A stretch of DNA of 63,376 bases, counting the filler, from Actinomycetota bacterium (GTDB lineage: Bacteria > Actinomycetota > Actinomycetes > JAKEEW01): assembly GCA_046725875.1 (NCBI GenBank). It is 4 parts of 4 records of this genome, joined end to end, with 100 filler letters (N's around TTAATTAATTAA, not from the genome) between each part and the next. Parts side by side here need not be neighbours in the genome. Positions count along the whole stretch, not along the records: positions 40,755 to 57,092 come from JBKOZJ010000077.1; 3 more parts are not named here. One strand, 5' to 3'. Below are positions 42,135-54,364 of the stretch, piece after piece. A program made the translations under genes and the position numbers. Each line of letters opens with the position of its first letter. Positions within the stretch are counted from its first letter, which is position 1. The notes beneath the pieces were generated by a model. That model worked only from the letters and a program-made list of their open reading frames with translations. It ran no database searches and was not told the DNA's origin.

Positions 42135-42596
42135 TCAGACTGCGTATGCCTTGAAGCGGATTTCACGCTTTGCGAGATCGACGGTTCCAGGTGCCCAGAT
42201 CTGGATCCGGTTCAGCCACGAGTACTCGGCAGCCGCCGTCGTCAGCGATACGTTGTTCCGCAGTTCGGCCCTCGTCGACCCCGGCTCCAGAGCGAGAACG
42301 CCATCCGATTCGAGCGCGATCTTCTTCTGGTCATCGGTCGTGATCTCGGCGTGGTAATCGATCCCGACCCGGCCGTCTGCACGTACGTGGAGATAGTCGA
42401 TGCCCTTGATGACACCGTTGAGCTTCGGTCCGCTCATCGTGCCTTCGATAGCGGCGTCGAAGCGCGCTCCCTCCGTGGGGAGCGGTGCCGTACCTGATAC
42501 CAGATCGTCGAAAGCCACGCCGTATTCGGTTATCCCCGTGAGATGCGCTATCTGCTCGTAGATGAACTCGCCCGGCATTGGTGCTTGTTCACTCAT
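42135..42596 (-). CDS. DUF3237-like protein
   Basis: GGAGG RBS; GPKLNG, GIDYLHVRADG, ITTDD, YSWLN. Confidence 0.75.
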   Translation of the reverse strand: MSEQAPMPGEFIYEQIAHLTGITEYGVAFDDLVSGTAPLPTEGARFDAAIEGTMSGPKLNGVIKGIDYLHVRADGRVGIDYHAEITTDDQKKIALESDGVLALEPGSTRAELRNNVSLTTAAAEYSWLNRIQIWAPGTVDLAKREIRFKAYAV

Positions 42597-42761
42597 CGCT
42601 GCCTCCGTCTCGTGCGTATCGCTGTCTGCCTTGTGGTGACTGAGCTAATGCGCGACCGTCTCTCATCCACGGACGCGCTCCCCGATCGACGCCCGCCCCG
42701 GCCGAGAGAGCGGACGACGTTCGGGCACACGGCCGGCCCGGCACGAAACAGCTGGTCGCTG

Positions 42762-43703
42762 TCAGCCGAGGGCAGTGCGAAAGCCGTCCCGCCAGCTCGG
42801 GTGAGCGGGTTGCCAGCCGAGTTCGCGCTTTGCCTTGGCGTTCGACGCGCCGCGGATCTCGGTCATCATTGCGAACCCGCTGGGACCGAGCGCGAGCCGG
42901 CCGAGCCAGGCGGGGAACCGGCGCGGTGGCTTCGCACCCACCGCCGCGGCCAGGGCCGGCAGCCAGTCCCGAACGGGCGCCGGGTCGTCGTCGACGATGT
43001 TGTAGATGCCGGGCCGGCCACGCTCGATCGCCTCGGCGGTGGCCGCCGCCGCGTCGTCGATGTGGACGAACGACCAGATACCGCCGCCGTCGCCCACCAC
43101 CGGGAAGCGGCGCTTCCGGAGCGTCGCCATCATCTCCGAGTTCGGCTCGGTCATACTCCCTGGGCCGTAGAAACCGCCGTATCTCAGCACGATCCCCTCG
43201 ATGCTCTCCGCGCTCGTCACCGCCGCCTCGAGGTGCTTGATCGCATCGAGGGTGGACTGGATGCCAGGCGACGGGGTCTGGATCAGCGGGTCATCCTCGG
43301 TTTTCACCGGGCCACCGGTTCGCGCGTACGGCCAGCCCGCGTAGCTCTGTGCAACGAACCGGCGGACCCCGGTCGCCCGCGCAGCGTCGAGCAGTATGTC
43401 CGTGCCCGCTACCCGAAGTCGGTTGGTCGTGGCGAATGACCTGTCCATGTTGCGCGGATCGACACCCCCGGCCAGCGCCGTCATCTGGTGCACCACAACG
43501 GCGGGTTCCGCCTTCAGGACTGCTGTGGTCATCGCATCACGGTCCAGCCCGTCGGCGACTACCGGCTCGGCGCCGACCCGGGCCAGCACGTCTGCCTTGG
43601 CAGGGCTCCGCGTCGTGCCCACCACCTCGTGGCCGCGGGCGACGAGCATCGGTACCAGCCGTGTCCCGATGTTGCCGCCTGCACCGGCAACGAAGATCTT
43701 CAT
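42762..43703 (-). CDS. NAD-dependent epimerase/dehydratase
   Basis: MKIFVAGAGGNIG, LRYGGFYGPG, SFVHIDDAA, YNIVDD, SNAKAKRELGW. Confidence 0.93.
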   Translation of the reverse strand: MKIFVAGAGGNIGTRLVPMLVARGHEVVGTTRSPAKADVLARVGAEPVVADGLDRDAMTTAVLKAEPAVVVHQMTALAGGVDPRNMDRSFATTNRLRVAGTDILLDAARATGVRRFVAQSYAGWPYARTGGPVKTEDDPLIQTPSPGIQSTLDAIKHLEAAVTSAESIEGIVLRYGGFYGPGSMTEPNSEMMATLRKRRFPVVGDGGGIWSFVHIDDAAAATAEAIERGRPGIYNIVDDDPAPVRDWLPALAAAVGAKPPRRFPAWLGRLALGPSGFAMMTEIRGASNAKAKRELGWQPAHPSWRDGFRTALG

Positions 43704-43748
43704 CGTTTTCGCCTCTCGCACGGATCGGTATCTGTCGTCGCCCCTTGC

Positions 43749-43775
43749 GACGAAGTCGCATCCACCGCTGTGACA
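43749..43775 (-). promoter_or_regulatory. ECF41 (SigJ)-type promoter TGTCACA-N16-CGTC
   Basis: Minus strand reads TGTCACA gcggtggatgcgactt CGTC, 45 nt upstream of the epimerase start. Confidence 0.75.
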
Positions 43776-43826
43776 CGGGTCGCCACTGCGCTAGGTTCGA
43801 GTGACGTCGATCACACCCGATGGACC

Positions 43827-43899
43827 GCGCACCTGCAGGGACGCGAACCTGGGCGACGCGCAACTGCAGGGCGCGTACCTCGGCGGCGCTTAGCTCGGT
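43827..43899 (+). pseudogene. Pentapeptide-repeat gene remnant
   Basis: AHLQG/(frameshift)ANLGD/AQLQG/AYLGG/A*LG with 15-nt periodicity. Confidence 0.55.
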
Positions 43900-44281
43900 C
43901 ATCAAACACGTCAAACGAGCCAGCTACGGATTCCAACAGAGGCCACGACAACGACCGCGTACGGTTACACGCCACGCGGAGCCGACGGCCGGCGCCCACA
44001 GAGCAAGAAATGGCGGCTGCCCGCTCAAACTTGAAGAGCCGCTAACCCGGCCGCGGAACCCCCCAAAGCTGGCCCGACCGGCCGCGACCTGTCGGGCCGA
44101 GCAGCTGGTGCAGTGTGACGAAGCGCTGGTGGGGCAGCGATCCTGGACGCGGGCTGCGGTTCAGCCGCGAACCAGCCCGAGGTTACGTCCACGGCTGTTG
44201 CTCCCTCGGCTGCCGTAGGCGTACCTCTTAGTTGTAGGCCGTAGCCGGACCGTGGAGTGCCGCAAGCGCCGATCGGGAGAC

Positions 44282-45076
44282 ATGATGGGCAAAGTGACCT
44301 CTGCCAGCAGCACCCGGATGCCCACGCTCTACCTCAGCCATGGGGCGCCCCCGCTCGCCGACGACCCGGACTGGCCAGCCCAGCTAGCGGACTGGGCCTC
44401 GAGGCTGCCTCGGCCGAGCGCGATCCTGATGATCTCTGCGCATTGGGAGGACGCCCCGCTGGCGATCGGAGCCACGCGGACTGTTCCGCTCTACTACGAC
44501 TTCTACGGCTTTCCCGAGAAGTACTACCGGGTCACCTATCCGGCACCTGGCGCACCCGAACTGGCGGCCAAGGTGCGCGCCCTCGTGCGTAGCGCTGCCA
44601 CACCCGTGCAAGACGTGCCGGACCGCGGTCTCGACCACGGCGCGTATGTTCCGCTGGTCGAGATGTATCCGAGCGCCGACATCCCGGTGCTGCAGATCTC
44701 CATGCCGACGCTCGACCGACAACAACTAATGGATATCGGCCGCAAGCTGGCACCGCTGCGGCACGATGGCGTGCTCATCGTAGGCAGTGGCTTCTTCACG
44801 CACAACCTTCGCGCGCTCCGATGGGATGACAGCATCCCGAGCTTCTCTGCCGAGTTCGACGAGTGGGGCAGGCGAGCGCTGCAGGCCGGTGACATCGATG
44901 CACTCGTCGACTTCGAGAACAAGGCGCCGGCCGGAAGGCTCGCCCATCCGCGTACCGAGCATTTCGCGCCGTTGTTCGTCGCGCTCGGCGCTGGTGAGGA
45001 CGAGCTAACGAGTCAGCAGACGGCCATCGACGGATTCTGGTACGGGATGGCCAAGCGCTCCGTCCAGCTCGGGTGA
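44282..45076 (+). CDS. Extradiol dioxygenase, LigB/DODA family
   Basis: YLSHGAP, ISAHWE, YDFYGFP, GLDHGAYVPL, GSGFFTHNL, AHPRTEHFAPL. Confidence 0.94.
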   Translation: MMGKVTSASSTRMPTLYLSHGAPPLADDPDWPAQLADWASRLPRPSAILMISAHWEDAPLAIGATRTVPLYYDFYGFPEKYYRVTYPAPGAPELAAKVRALVRSAATPVQDVPDRGLDHGAYVPLVEMYPSADIPVLQISMPTLDRQQLMDIGRKLAPLRHDGVLIVGSGFFTHNLRALRWDDSIPSFSAEFDEWGRRALQAGDIDALVDFENKAPAGRLAHPRTEHFAPLFVALGAGEDELTSQQTAIDGFWYGMAKRSVQLG

Positions 45077-45967
45077 CCTGCCAGCACCTCGAGTTGGTCG
45101 ACGACCACCCGGCCGCTGTCGCCCGGCCGCATCGTGGAGTGCAACTCCGCCGATTACCAGAGCGATGCCGAGCAGCTCGCGCGCAGTGGGCCGCTGCTGG
45201 AGAACGAGCAAACCTACCGCGGCCGCCGTGGCGGGCAGCAGCGACAGCATGAGCGCAAACGTCGCGCGGGGCAGCCTGGCGAGTGCCAGCTGGTCACAGA
45301 CGTAGGGAATAACCGACGAGCAGACGCCGACGCCGGCACCGGCTGCGAGCAGGACCGGCTCACGAAATGCTACCGACGCATCGGCAAGGCCGACGGGTGC
45401 GACCGTTGCAGCCGCTATCGCCATGGACAGCGCGAGCCGATCGATGCCGACGCCTCCGTCGGCGGCGATGTGCTTGCCCAAGACCACGTACAGCATGAAG
45501 AGCACACAGTTGGCAAACGCGAGCGCGAAGCCAACCGGCTCCGCGACGAGGCGTACCTCAGTTAGCAGCAGTACACCCCCCACCGCGAGGGCGAGCGCGA
45601 GAAGGTTGCGCCGACCCCGCAGGCCGATAGCCGCGAGGATGATCGGGCCAAGGAACTCGATGGCACCGACGGTCGCGAGCGGTAGCCGGTCGATCGCCAG
45701 ATAGAAGACGCTGTTCATTCCGGCCAAGGTCAGCCCGAGCGTGAGCACCAGCCGCCATTGAGCCCTCCCCTTGACCGGGGCGCTTCGCCACGGCCGGCGC
45801 CAGGCGGCGAACACCAGCGCTGCCGAGAGGATGCGAAGCCAGGCAACACCGAGAGGCTCGATCCGCGCGAACAGAAGCACCGCGAGTGCCGGTCCGAGGT
45901 AATGAAATACCGCACTAACGACGAAGTACGCGTGCGGTGGAAGCCGCGTCTTCACACTGCTTAGCAT
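45005..45967 (-). CDS. EamA/RhtA-type DMT transporter
   Basis: FHYLGPALA, FYLAIDRLPL, IEFLGP, SSVIPY, LSLLPA; 3' end overlaps the dioxygenase by 72 bp. Confidence 0.92.
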   Translation of the reverse strand: MLSSVKTRLPPHAYFVVSAVFHYLGPALAVLLFARIEPLGVAWLRILSAALVFAAWRRPWRSAPVKGRAQWRLVLTLGLTLAGMNSVFYLAIDRLPLATVGAIEFLGPIILAAIGLRGRRNLLALALAVGGVLLLTEVRLVAEPVGFALAFANCVLFMLYVVLGKHIAADGGVGIDRLALSMAIAAATVAPVGLADASVAFREPVLLAAGAGVGVCSSVIPYVCDQLALARLPRATFALMLSLLPATAAAVGLLVLQQRPTARELLGIALVIGGVALHDAAGRQRPGGRRPTRGAGRSPELDGALGHPVPESVDGRLLTR

Positions 45968-46023
45968 TCAAGAGACGGATAGACATGGACATGGTCGATT
46001 GCAGGCGAGATAGGTGGACTACC

Positions 46024-46518
46024 TTGAGGAGTCGTGCGATAACAAACGAACGATTTCAGAAGTCCAGGTCTGAGCTCGACGCGATCAACCTCCGGATTCT
46101 GCGAGCTCTGGCGGACAACCCGCGGATGAGCATGTCGGCGCTGGCGCGGCAGGTCGGAATGTCGGCGCCCGCAGTGACCGACCGCGTGCAGCGTCTAGAG
46201 GAGGCCGGCGTAATCCGGGGTTATCGGCTGGACGTCGACCCGGCCGCCGTCGGCCTGCCGATAGCCGCTTGGGTCCGAGTACGGCCCGGACCGGGACAGC
46301 TGATGAAGATCTCGGACCTGGTGACCGGAGTCCCCGAGGTCGTGGAGTGCCACCGAATCACGGGCGAGGATTGCTTTCTCTTGAAGATCCACGTCGAGGC
46401 GGTCGATCAGCTCGAGGCCGTCCTGGACCGCTTCCTGCTCTACGGGCAGACGAACAGCTCGATTGTGCAGTCGTCACCGGTGCCGCCGCGGATGGTTCAG
46501 CTGCCTACCGCGGAGTGA
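46024..46518 (+). CDS. Lrp/AsnC family regulator
   Basis: LDAINLRIL, LARQVGMSAPAVTDRVQRLEEAGVIRGY, ECHRITGEDCF; divergent from EamA. Start uncertain (45985-46024). Confidence 0.93.
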   Translation: MRSRAITNERFQKSRSELDAINLRILRALADNPRMSMSALARQVGMSAPAVTDRVQRLEEAGVIRGYRLDVDPAAVGLPIAAWVRVRPGPGQLMKISDLVTGVPEVVECHRITGEDCFLLKIHVEAVDQLEAVLDRFLLYGQTNSSIVQSSPVPPRMVQLPTAE

Positions 46519-46575
46519 CGGGCCGACGACAGTCCCCTGAATCCGCTGCAGGGCTGATTACCCGAGTCGCGCGGC

Positions 46576-46770
46576 TCACGTTGCCGTGTGGTGCAAGGCA
46601 GGCACGACGACCTCGCAGGTCGAGCGTGGCGGGGCCTGATGGCCGACCCCCTCTAGCACCAGCAGCTTCGCTCCCGCAATGGCGCGCGCCAGGGCGACCG
46701 CACGCGCGGGCGGGAAAAGCGAGTCCTCCGTCCCATGGATCACGAGAGCCGGCGCGGCTATCCCACCCGG
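46576..46770 (-). pseudogene. C-terminal remnant of alpha/beta hydrolase
   Basis: GGIAAPALVIHGTEDSLFPPARAVALARAIAGAKLLVLEGVGHQ...stop; in-frame stop upstream at ~46831, no N-terminal part. Confidence 0.7.
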
Positions 46771-46888
46771 TGTCGGCCGGGGCTCGTCTCGGTCATTGCC
46801 CGCGACGCTAGGCCATTCCCGTAAACGTCTTCAAGCCGCGCGGCGGCTGGGATGGCAAGGTGACTAGGTGGTCTCTGAAGGTGGTGAC

Positions 46889-47454
46889 GTGGACGACGCG
46901 CTGGTGTTCGAGGACGCGGCGCAGTGGCCCACCTGCTCGCGGCCCACCACGAGCAGGTGGACAGCGCCTGGCTGAAGGTCGGCAAGAAGGGGTCGGCAAA
47001 GAAGTCGATCAGTGCGACCGAAGCAGGCGACGTGGCGCTGTGTTACGGCTGGATCGACAGCGTTCGCCGGTCGTCCGACGACGACTGCTTCCTGCAGAGG
47101 TATTCACGTCGGCGGCCGAATAGCTCATGGTCGAGGGTTAACGTCGAACGGGCCGAGGTGCTGATCGCGGCCGGCCACATGCAGGCCGCGGGACTGGCAG
47201 AAGTCAATGCGGCCAAGGCGGACGGTCGGTGGGCAGCGGCGTACAAGTCACAACGGAAGGCCGACGTCCCGGACGACTTGACGGCCGCGCTTGCCACGAA
47301 CAGGCCGGCAAAGGAGTTCTTCGACCAGCTTGGCAGGACCGACCAATACCTTGTCGTCCTGCCCTTGCTGAAGGCGCGGACGCCAAAGATCCGGGCCGTC
47401 CGCCTACAGAAGGCGATCGAAGCGCTTACCGCCGGCCGCGGACCACGTGCCTGA
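46889..47454 (+). pseudogene. YdeI/OmpD-associated family protein with 1-nt frameshift
   Basis: GTG start gives MDDALVFEDAAQWPT; one base is missing at 46934-46936 before LAAHH...WLKVGKK; ALCYGWID, WSRVN, VPDDL. Confidence 0.75.
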
Positions 47455-47719
47455 GCTCGGGTGGTCACCGGAACCGCGGGATGGCGGCCATCGGCTCCCC
47501 GGCCAGCCATGAGCAGCCGAGTGCCACCCACGTCACCGCGCCCATCCTCCGACGATGGCTGATCCGGAGACGTGCCAGGGACGAGTGATCGTCGGCACGG
47601 CCCACACCACCGTTCCCACTGACTGGCAGGCGGCCTCGGAGTCCGGCTCGTTGCAGCACCCCTCGGGCGGGTGACCAAGGGCGGCCCGGCAAGCTAGAAA
47701 CGAATGGGAGGAGTCCACT

Positions 47720-47923
47720 ATGCCTACTTACCGGATGGTCTACGGCGACGAAGCACAGGTCGTCCGCGAGACACTGAACGACGTCGAGCTGGAGCGCGAG
47801 GACGGGTGGACCGTCTTCTTTCGTGGTAACGAAGCGATTCTGCGGGTGCGCGACGAGCATGTGCAGTCCCTGGAGCTAATCGAGCAGCCCGAACCGGACC
47901 AGCCGGGGGAGATCGACAGCTGA
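47720..47923 (+). CDS. Small hypothetical protein
   Basis: GGGAGGAG RBS; MPTYRMVYGD...EREDGWTVFFRG; good codon bias. Confidence 0.7.
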   Translation: MPTYRMVYGDEAQVVRETLNDVELEREDGWTVFFRGNEAILRVRDEHVQSLELIEQPEPDQPGEIDS

Positions 47924-48312
47924 CAGTACGCCCATCATCCGCAAGATCCGGCTCGCGGCGACACCACGCGGCAATCAGTGCTGGAATGCCGCGCTCTACC
48001 TCGGTGTTTCATCCCACGGGAACCGCCCAGGCTCGCTGATCTGGGCGCGGACGGATGTCCGACCGTCCGCTATTCCTTCAGTTAGGCCGGGAATGACGGC
48101 CCGGTCATGATCAGTTGACTGCGGCACGGTGCCACCGAGTTCGGCATGTCTTCCGGCACCAGGATGATCGAGCGATCAGAGCCGGCCGATGTCCCGACAC
48201 CCAGCCCATCGGGCCCCTAGGGGCAACGCGCCCGTGACGGCCTGACGACGAGGCCGGGAATGCGACAACCCACCAACTGGTTGTCTCAGCATCTGGAATG
48301 GAGAACAACTTG

Positions 48313-50682
<2,370 letters not shown>

Positions 50683-50777
50683 CCGCACACGACGTTGACG
50701 TAGCGGCCCATCATGGGCCGCTACGTCACAGCGTCCGCAATTTGAGCGGGCTAGCTTGGTGGATTTGCAGGGCTCGG

Positions 50778-52004
50778 ATGGAAAGTCGGATGCCTACGGA
50801 GAACGGTCGAGACAGTACCGAAAGCGATCTCCGAACGATCCTGCGAATCCAGGCCCTCCGGGCGTTCCTGTACGGGCTTGGAAGCGTGCTGATCGGTGTG
50901 ACGCTCGCGGAGGGCGGGCTCACCGACGTTCAGGTGGGAATCGTCTTCACCGCGATCCTCATCGGCATGGCGCTCGGCTCTTTCGTGGTGGGCACGATCG
51001 GCGAGCGCGTCGGTCGGCGCCGCGCGTACGTCGCGCTGCTCGTGCTCATCGGGATCGCGGGGACAGTGTTCGCGTTGACGCTCTCGGTCCCCGCGCTCGT
51101 CGTGGCCTCGCTTACCGGGGCGCTGTCGACGGACCCCAACGAGTCCGGCCCGATCACCTCGCTTGAGCAGGCTATGATCGGTGCGGCCCCCTCGGATGCT
51201 CGCCTAAGGGTCTTCGGCCGCTACAACGCCATCGCCTTCATCGCTGGCGCGGTCGGCGCACTGACGGCGTCCCTACCGGGGCTCGTCGACCTCGGCGAGC
51301 AGCGTTTGCTGCTGACCTACCCGGTGCTGGCGACCGTCGCAGCCGTGCTCGCGGCGCGGATGAGCCCCGCGGTCGAGGTGCGACGTGGCGCTGAGCGGAC
51401 CGACACCCCATCTCGGCCCAGCTTGAGGCTTCCGCTCGTTCGCTCGCGCGGCACCGTGTTGCGACTCGCATCGCTGTTCGCGCTCGACTCGTTCGCCGGC
51501 GGATTCGTTGTGCAGTCATTCGTCGTCTACTGGTTCGGCCGTACCTTCGGAGCGTCGACCGAGGTGGTGGGCACCGTCTTCTTCCTGTCCGGCTTGTTGC
51601 AGGCGGTGTCCTCCGTCGCGGCGTCCCGGATCGCCACCCGCTTCGGCCTGCTCAACACGATGGTTTTCACGCACCTGCCCTCGAACGTGCTCCTAATGAC
51701 GATCCCACTCGCACCGACTCTGGGGCTTGCGGTCGTGCTCTGGCTTGTGCGGGTGTCGATCTCGCAGATGGATGTGCCCGCGCGGCAGGCCTACGTTGTC
51801 GCGCTCGTGGATCCGGAAGAGCGCGTGGCCGCGAGCGCGTACACCAACACCGCTCGATACGCCACCCGACCCATCGCCCCCGCGATCGCCGGCTCCTTGA
51901 TGCAGACGGCCACCGCAGTACCCTTCCTCGTCGCCGGGGGCCTCAAGATTGTGTATGATCTGCTGATCTTCGTTACTTTCCGCAAAGTGCGACTGCCCGT
52001 TTAG
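50778..52004 (+). CDS. MFS transporter
   Basis: GERVGRRR, LFALDSFAGGF, FTHLPSN, SQMDVPARQAY; ~12 TM. Confidence 0.92.
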   Translation: MESRMPTENGRDSTESDLRTILRIQALRAFLYGLGSVLIGVTLAEGGLTDVQVGIVFTAILIGMALGSFVVGTIGERVGRRRAYVALLVLIGIAGTVFALTLSVPALVVASLTGALSTDPNESGPITSLEQAMIGAAPSDARLRVFGRYNAIAFIAGAVGALTASLPGLVDLGEQRLLLTYPVLATVAAVLAARMSPAVEVRRGAERTDTPSRPSLRLPLVRSRGTVLRLASLFALDSFAGGFVVQSFVVYWFGRTFGASTEVVGTVFFLSGLLQAVSSVAASRIATRFGLLNTMVFTHLPSNVLLMTIPLAPTLGLAVVLWLVRVSISQMDVPARQAYVVALVDPEERVAASAYTNTARYATRPIAPAIAGSLMQTATAVPFLVAGGLKIVYDLLIFVTFRKVRLPV

Positions 52005-52106
52005 CCGTACACGACATGAAGGTTTGTCGGCGCGGCATCTGATACCGAACGTGCCCAGCTTCTTCAGGCTGCTCGTCTTTGTCCCCGGATGGCCAACGTC
52101 ACGGCG

Positions 52107-52862
52107 CTATCTCAGTGCGGCAACGATGGCGTCGTCGAACATCCGCCACACGACCGTCGCCTCCTTGAACCCGTGGGTTCTCAACGCGGCCAGGTGCCAG
52201 TCCACCGGTGGCGTGAACTCCTCGGCATGTAGCCCGGAGAAGAGCTTGTTCCGTTCGGCGACCGCGTCGGCCAACGCGGGGTCAGCAGCGGCGTCTATCC
52301 ACCAGGTCCCCCACTCGGCTGCACCCTCCCGCAGCAGCCGTTCCCGGCGAGCCTCGAGCCACCGGTCGATCCGTGCGTCTAGCGCGGCCGCCGGTCGGTC
52401 CGGCATGTGATCGGCGTTACAGAACACGCCGGATGGCCGGAGCACCTGGTGGGCCAGGTCTGTGTACAGACGTGCCAGCGCGTCGTCACGGAGCCAGTGC
52501 AGTGCGGTCGCCGTGAGAACGGCATCGTACGGTTCAGCCGGGAGCGAGGCGATCCAGGAAGGGCTGGCGAGGTCGGCACGGACGATCGTCACCCGGTCGT
52601 CTCCGGCCAGCGTTCCCGCCGCGATCCGCAGCAGCGCGGGGTCGAGGTCAAGGCAAACGGTCCTGGCCTGAGGCAGACGTCTCAGCAGGCGAATCGAGAT
52701 GCTGCCGGTCCCACACGCAAGGTCGAGCACCCGCGGCGACCGCCCCGTCACCGCCTCGACAACGTCGAACATCACCTCGAACCGCCGATCCCGGTCGATC
52801 AGGTAGACCTCCTGCTGGCGATCCCAGCGTTCCTGCCAGCCCTGCCAGCCGCTCCGGTCCAT
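52107..52862 (-). CDS. Class I SAM-dependent methyltransferase
   Basis: WDRQQE, VLDLACGTGS, DLDP, TATALHWL, NADH. Confidence 0.92.
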   Translation of the reverse strand: MDRSGWQGWQERWDRQQEVYLIDRDRRFEVMFDVVEAVTGRSPRVLDLACGTGSISIRLLRRLPQARTVCLDLDPALLRIAAGTLAGDDRVTIVRADLASPSWIASLPAEPYDAVLTATALHWLRDDALARLYTDLAHQVLRPSGVFCNADHMPDRPAAALDARIDRWLEARRERLLREGAAEWGTWWIDAAADPALADAVAERNKLFSGLHAEEFTPPVDWHLAALRTHGFKEATVVWRMFDDAIVAALR

Positions 52863-53025
52863 AAGCGCGACAGTAACGATGCGAGGTAATGAACGCATCG
52901 CGGGGCGTCTATTACAGATCGGCAGTGTGACTACCGCGGTGGCTCGCCGATCCCATTGCCCTCAGGGCCGACGTTGTTAGTGCGACCGTTGTGTACGGCG
53001 CTTGTTGAAGGGCGGTTTTCGCAGG

Positions 53026-53102
53026 TGGTGGGGCGGGCGGGACTCGAACCCGCGACCGAGGGATTATGAGTCCCCTGCTCTGACCGGCTGAGCTACCGCC
53101 CC
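53026..53102 (-). tRNA. tRNA with CAT anticodon, most likely tRNA-Ile2
   Basis: GGGGCGG/CCGCCCC acceptor stem, anticodon loop CTCATAA, GGTTCGAGTCC T-arm, encoded CCA; not initiator-like. Confidence 0.93.
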
Positions 53103-53221
53103 GGCGGCCTGACTGCAAACACAGTCCAGGACAAGAGACAGGTTAGTCGCAGCGCCGGGGTCCTTGCCGAGCGCGCCCCGCTGCGCCCGACATCCGCTTG
53201 GAAGATCAACGGCGGAAGAGG

Positions 53222-54142
53222 CTAGCCATCCTTGGCCAGGAACTCGATCGTCTGCGCGATCGCGGCGGTGTCCCAGAGGATGCCCTTGTGGCCGAGGCCG
53301 ACGAGCTCGCGGAACTCGGCGCCCGGCCAAGCAGCGGCGAGCATGCGGCCTTCGGTGATCGGAACCTCCCGGTCATCTGTGCCGTGCAGGATGAGCAGCG
53401 GCGCTTGGACCGTCGGCGCGAGCGTGAGCGGTGCAATCTCGTTGAAGCGGACGCCGAGCGAGCGCTCGGCTCGTCGCATCGCACGCTGCATCACCGCCTG
53501 CGATACACCCATGCCCGCGGCGAAGCGGTCCCAGTAGAGCTCGAACCGCGCGCCCGGTGCGACGTACACGACTCGCCGGGCGCGCAATCCCTGCACGAGC
53601 GCGTAAGTGCTCGACGGCCCGCCGAACGAGTGCGCCACCAGTCCCGCGAACGGACCGTACGCGGTGTCGGCTTCCTGGATCGCCCGGGCGATATGTATAA
53701 GCGAGCTGCGCCGCCCAGCCGACCGACCGTGCCCAGGCAGGTCGAGCGCGACGACGCCATAACCAGCGGCGAGCAGAGGGTCGACGAAACCGGCCATATG
53801 GCCCGCCTGCCCACTCCAGCCATGTACGAGGAGCACGGGTGGGCCATCGCCCCATATGTAGGTGGCGATCCGCTCGTCACCATTTCCGATCGACGACGTC
53901 GTTGCCCGCCCGAAGACCTCCGGCTCGTGGGTGCGTTGCGGGAAGCGAAGCGGGGTGACGAACATCCGGTACGCCACCCGAGCGGCAACGGCCGGAGCCA
54001 CGAAAGATGCGGTACGCATTGCCATCCGCAGCCAACCCGGTACCCGATTGGGTAGCTGCTGCGGCACGGGTGGCGCCGTCTGACAGGCGTCACTGCCGGC
54101 GGCATCGACGGCTTCGAACTCGCCGACCGACGTCGTCATCAC
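53222..54142 (-). CDS. Alpha/beta hydrolase
   Basis: LLVHGWSG, DLPGHGRS, AHSFGG, HGTDDREV, GLGH. Confidence 0.92.
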   Translation of the reverse strand: MMTTSVGEFEAVDAAGSDACQTAPPVPQQLPNRVPGWLRMAMRTASFVAPAVAARVAYRMFVTPLRFPQRTHEPEVFGRATTSSIGNGDERIATYIWGDGPPVLLVHGWSGQAGHMAGFVDPLLAAGYGVVALDLPGHGRSAGRRSSLIHIARAIQEADTAYGPFAGLVAHSFGGPSSTYALVQGLRARRVVYVAPGARFELYWDRFAAGMGVSQAVMQRAMRRAERSLGVRFNEIAPLTLAPTVQAPLLILHGTDDREVPITEGRMLAAAWPGAEFRELVGLGHKGILWDTAAIAQTIEFLAKDG

Positions 54143-54293
54143 GTTTCGGTGCTTGGCCGGACGTGCGCAGCTGTGCCTGCCCGGCGTCGCGCGTGGACAA
54201 CCTTTGGACGTCGCCGCCGCTCGGCGCCGGTCGCGAGCAGCAAGCCATGCAACATTGCCTGGTCAAGATCGCGGAGTGGGTGGAGGGAGGCAC

Positions 54294-54309
54294 GCACGAA
54301 CGGTCGTGC
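54294..54309. promoter_or_regulatory. Putative TetR operator upstream of hydrolase
   Basis: GCACGAACGGTCGTGC near-palindrome; matches 54959-54972. Confidence 0.55.
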
Positions 54310-54364
54310 TATTCCGGGCCCAGAAGTGGACATCGGTCGTACTCCTTCAGGAAATGTGCCCCGG

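Noticed and set aside
52900..53026. Integrative element at the tRNA-Ile2 3' end
   Set aside because: No integrase and no duplicated tRNA 3' end found by eye in this contig.
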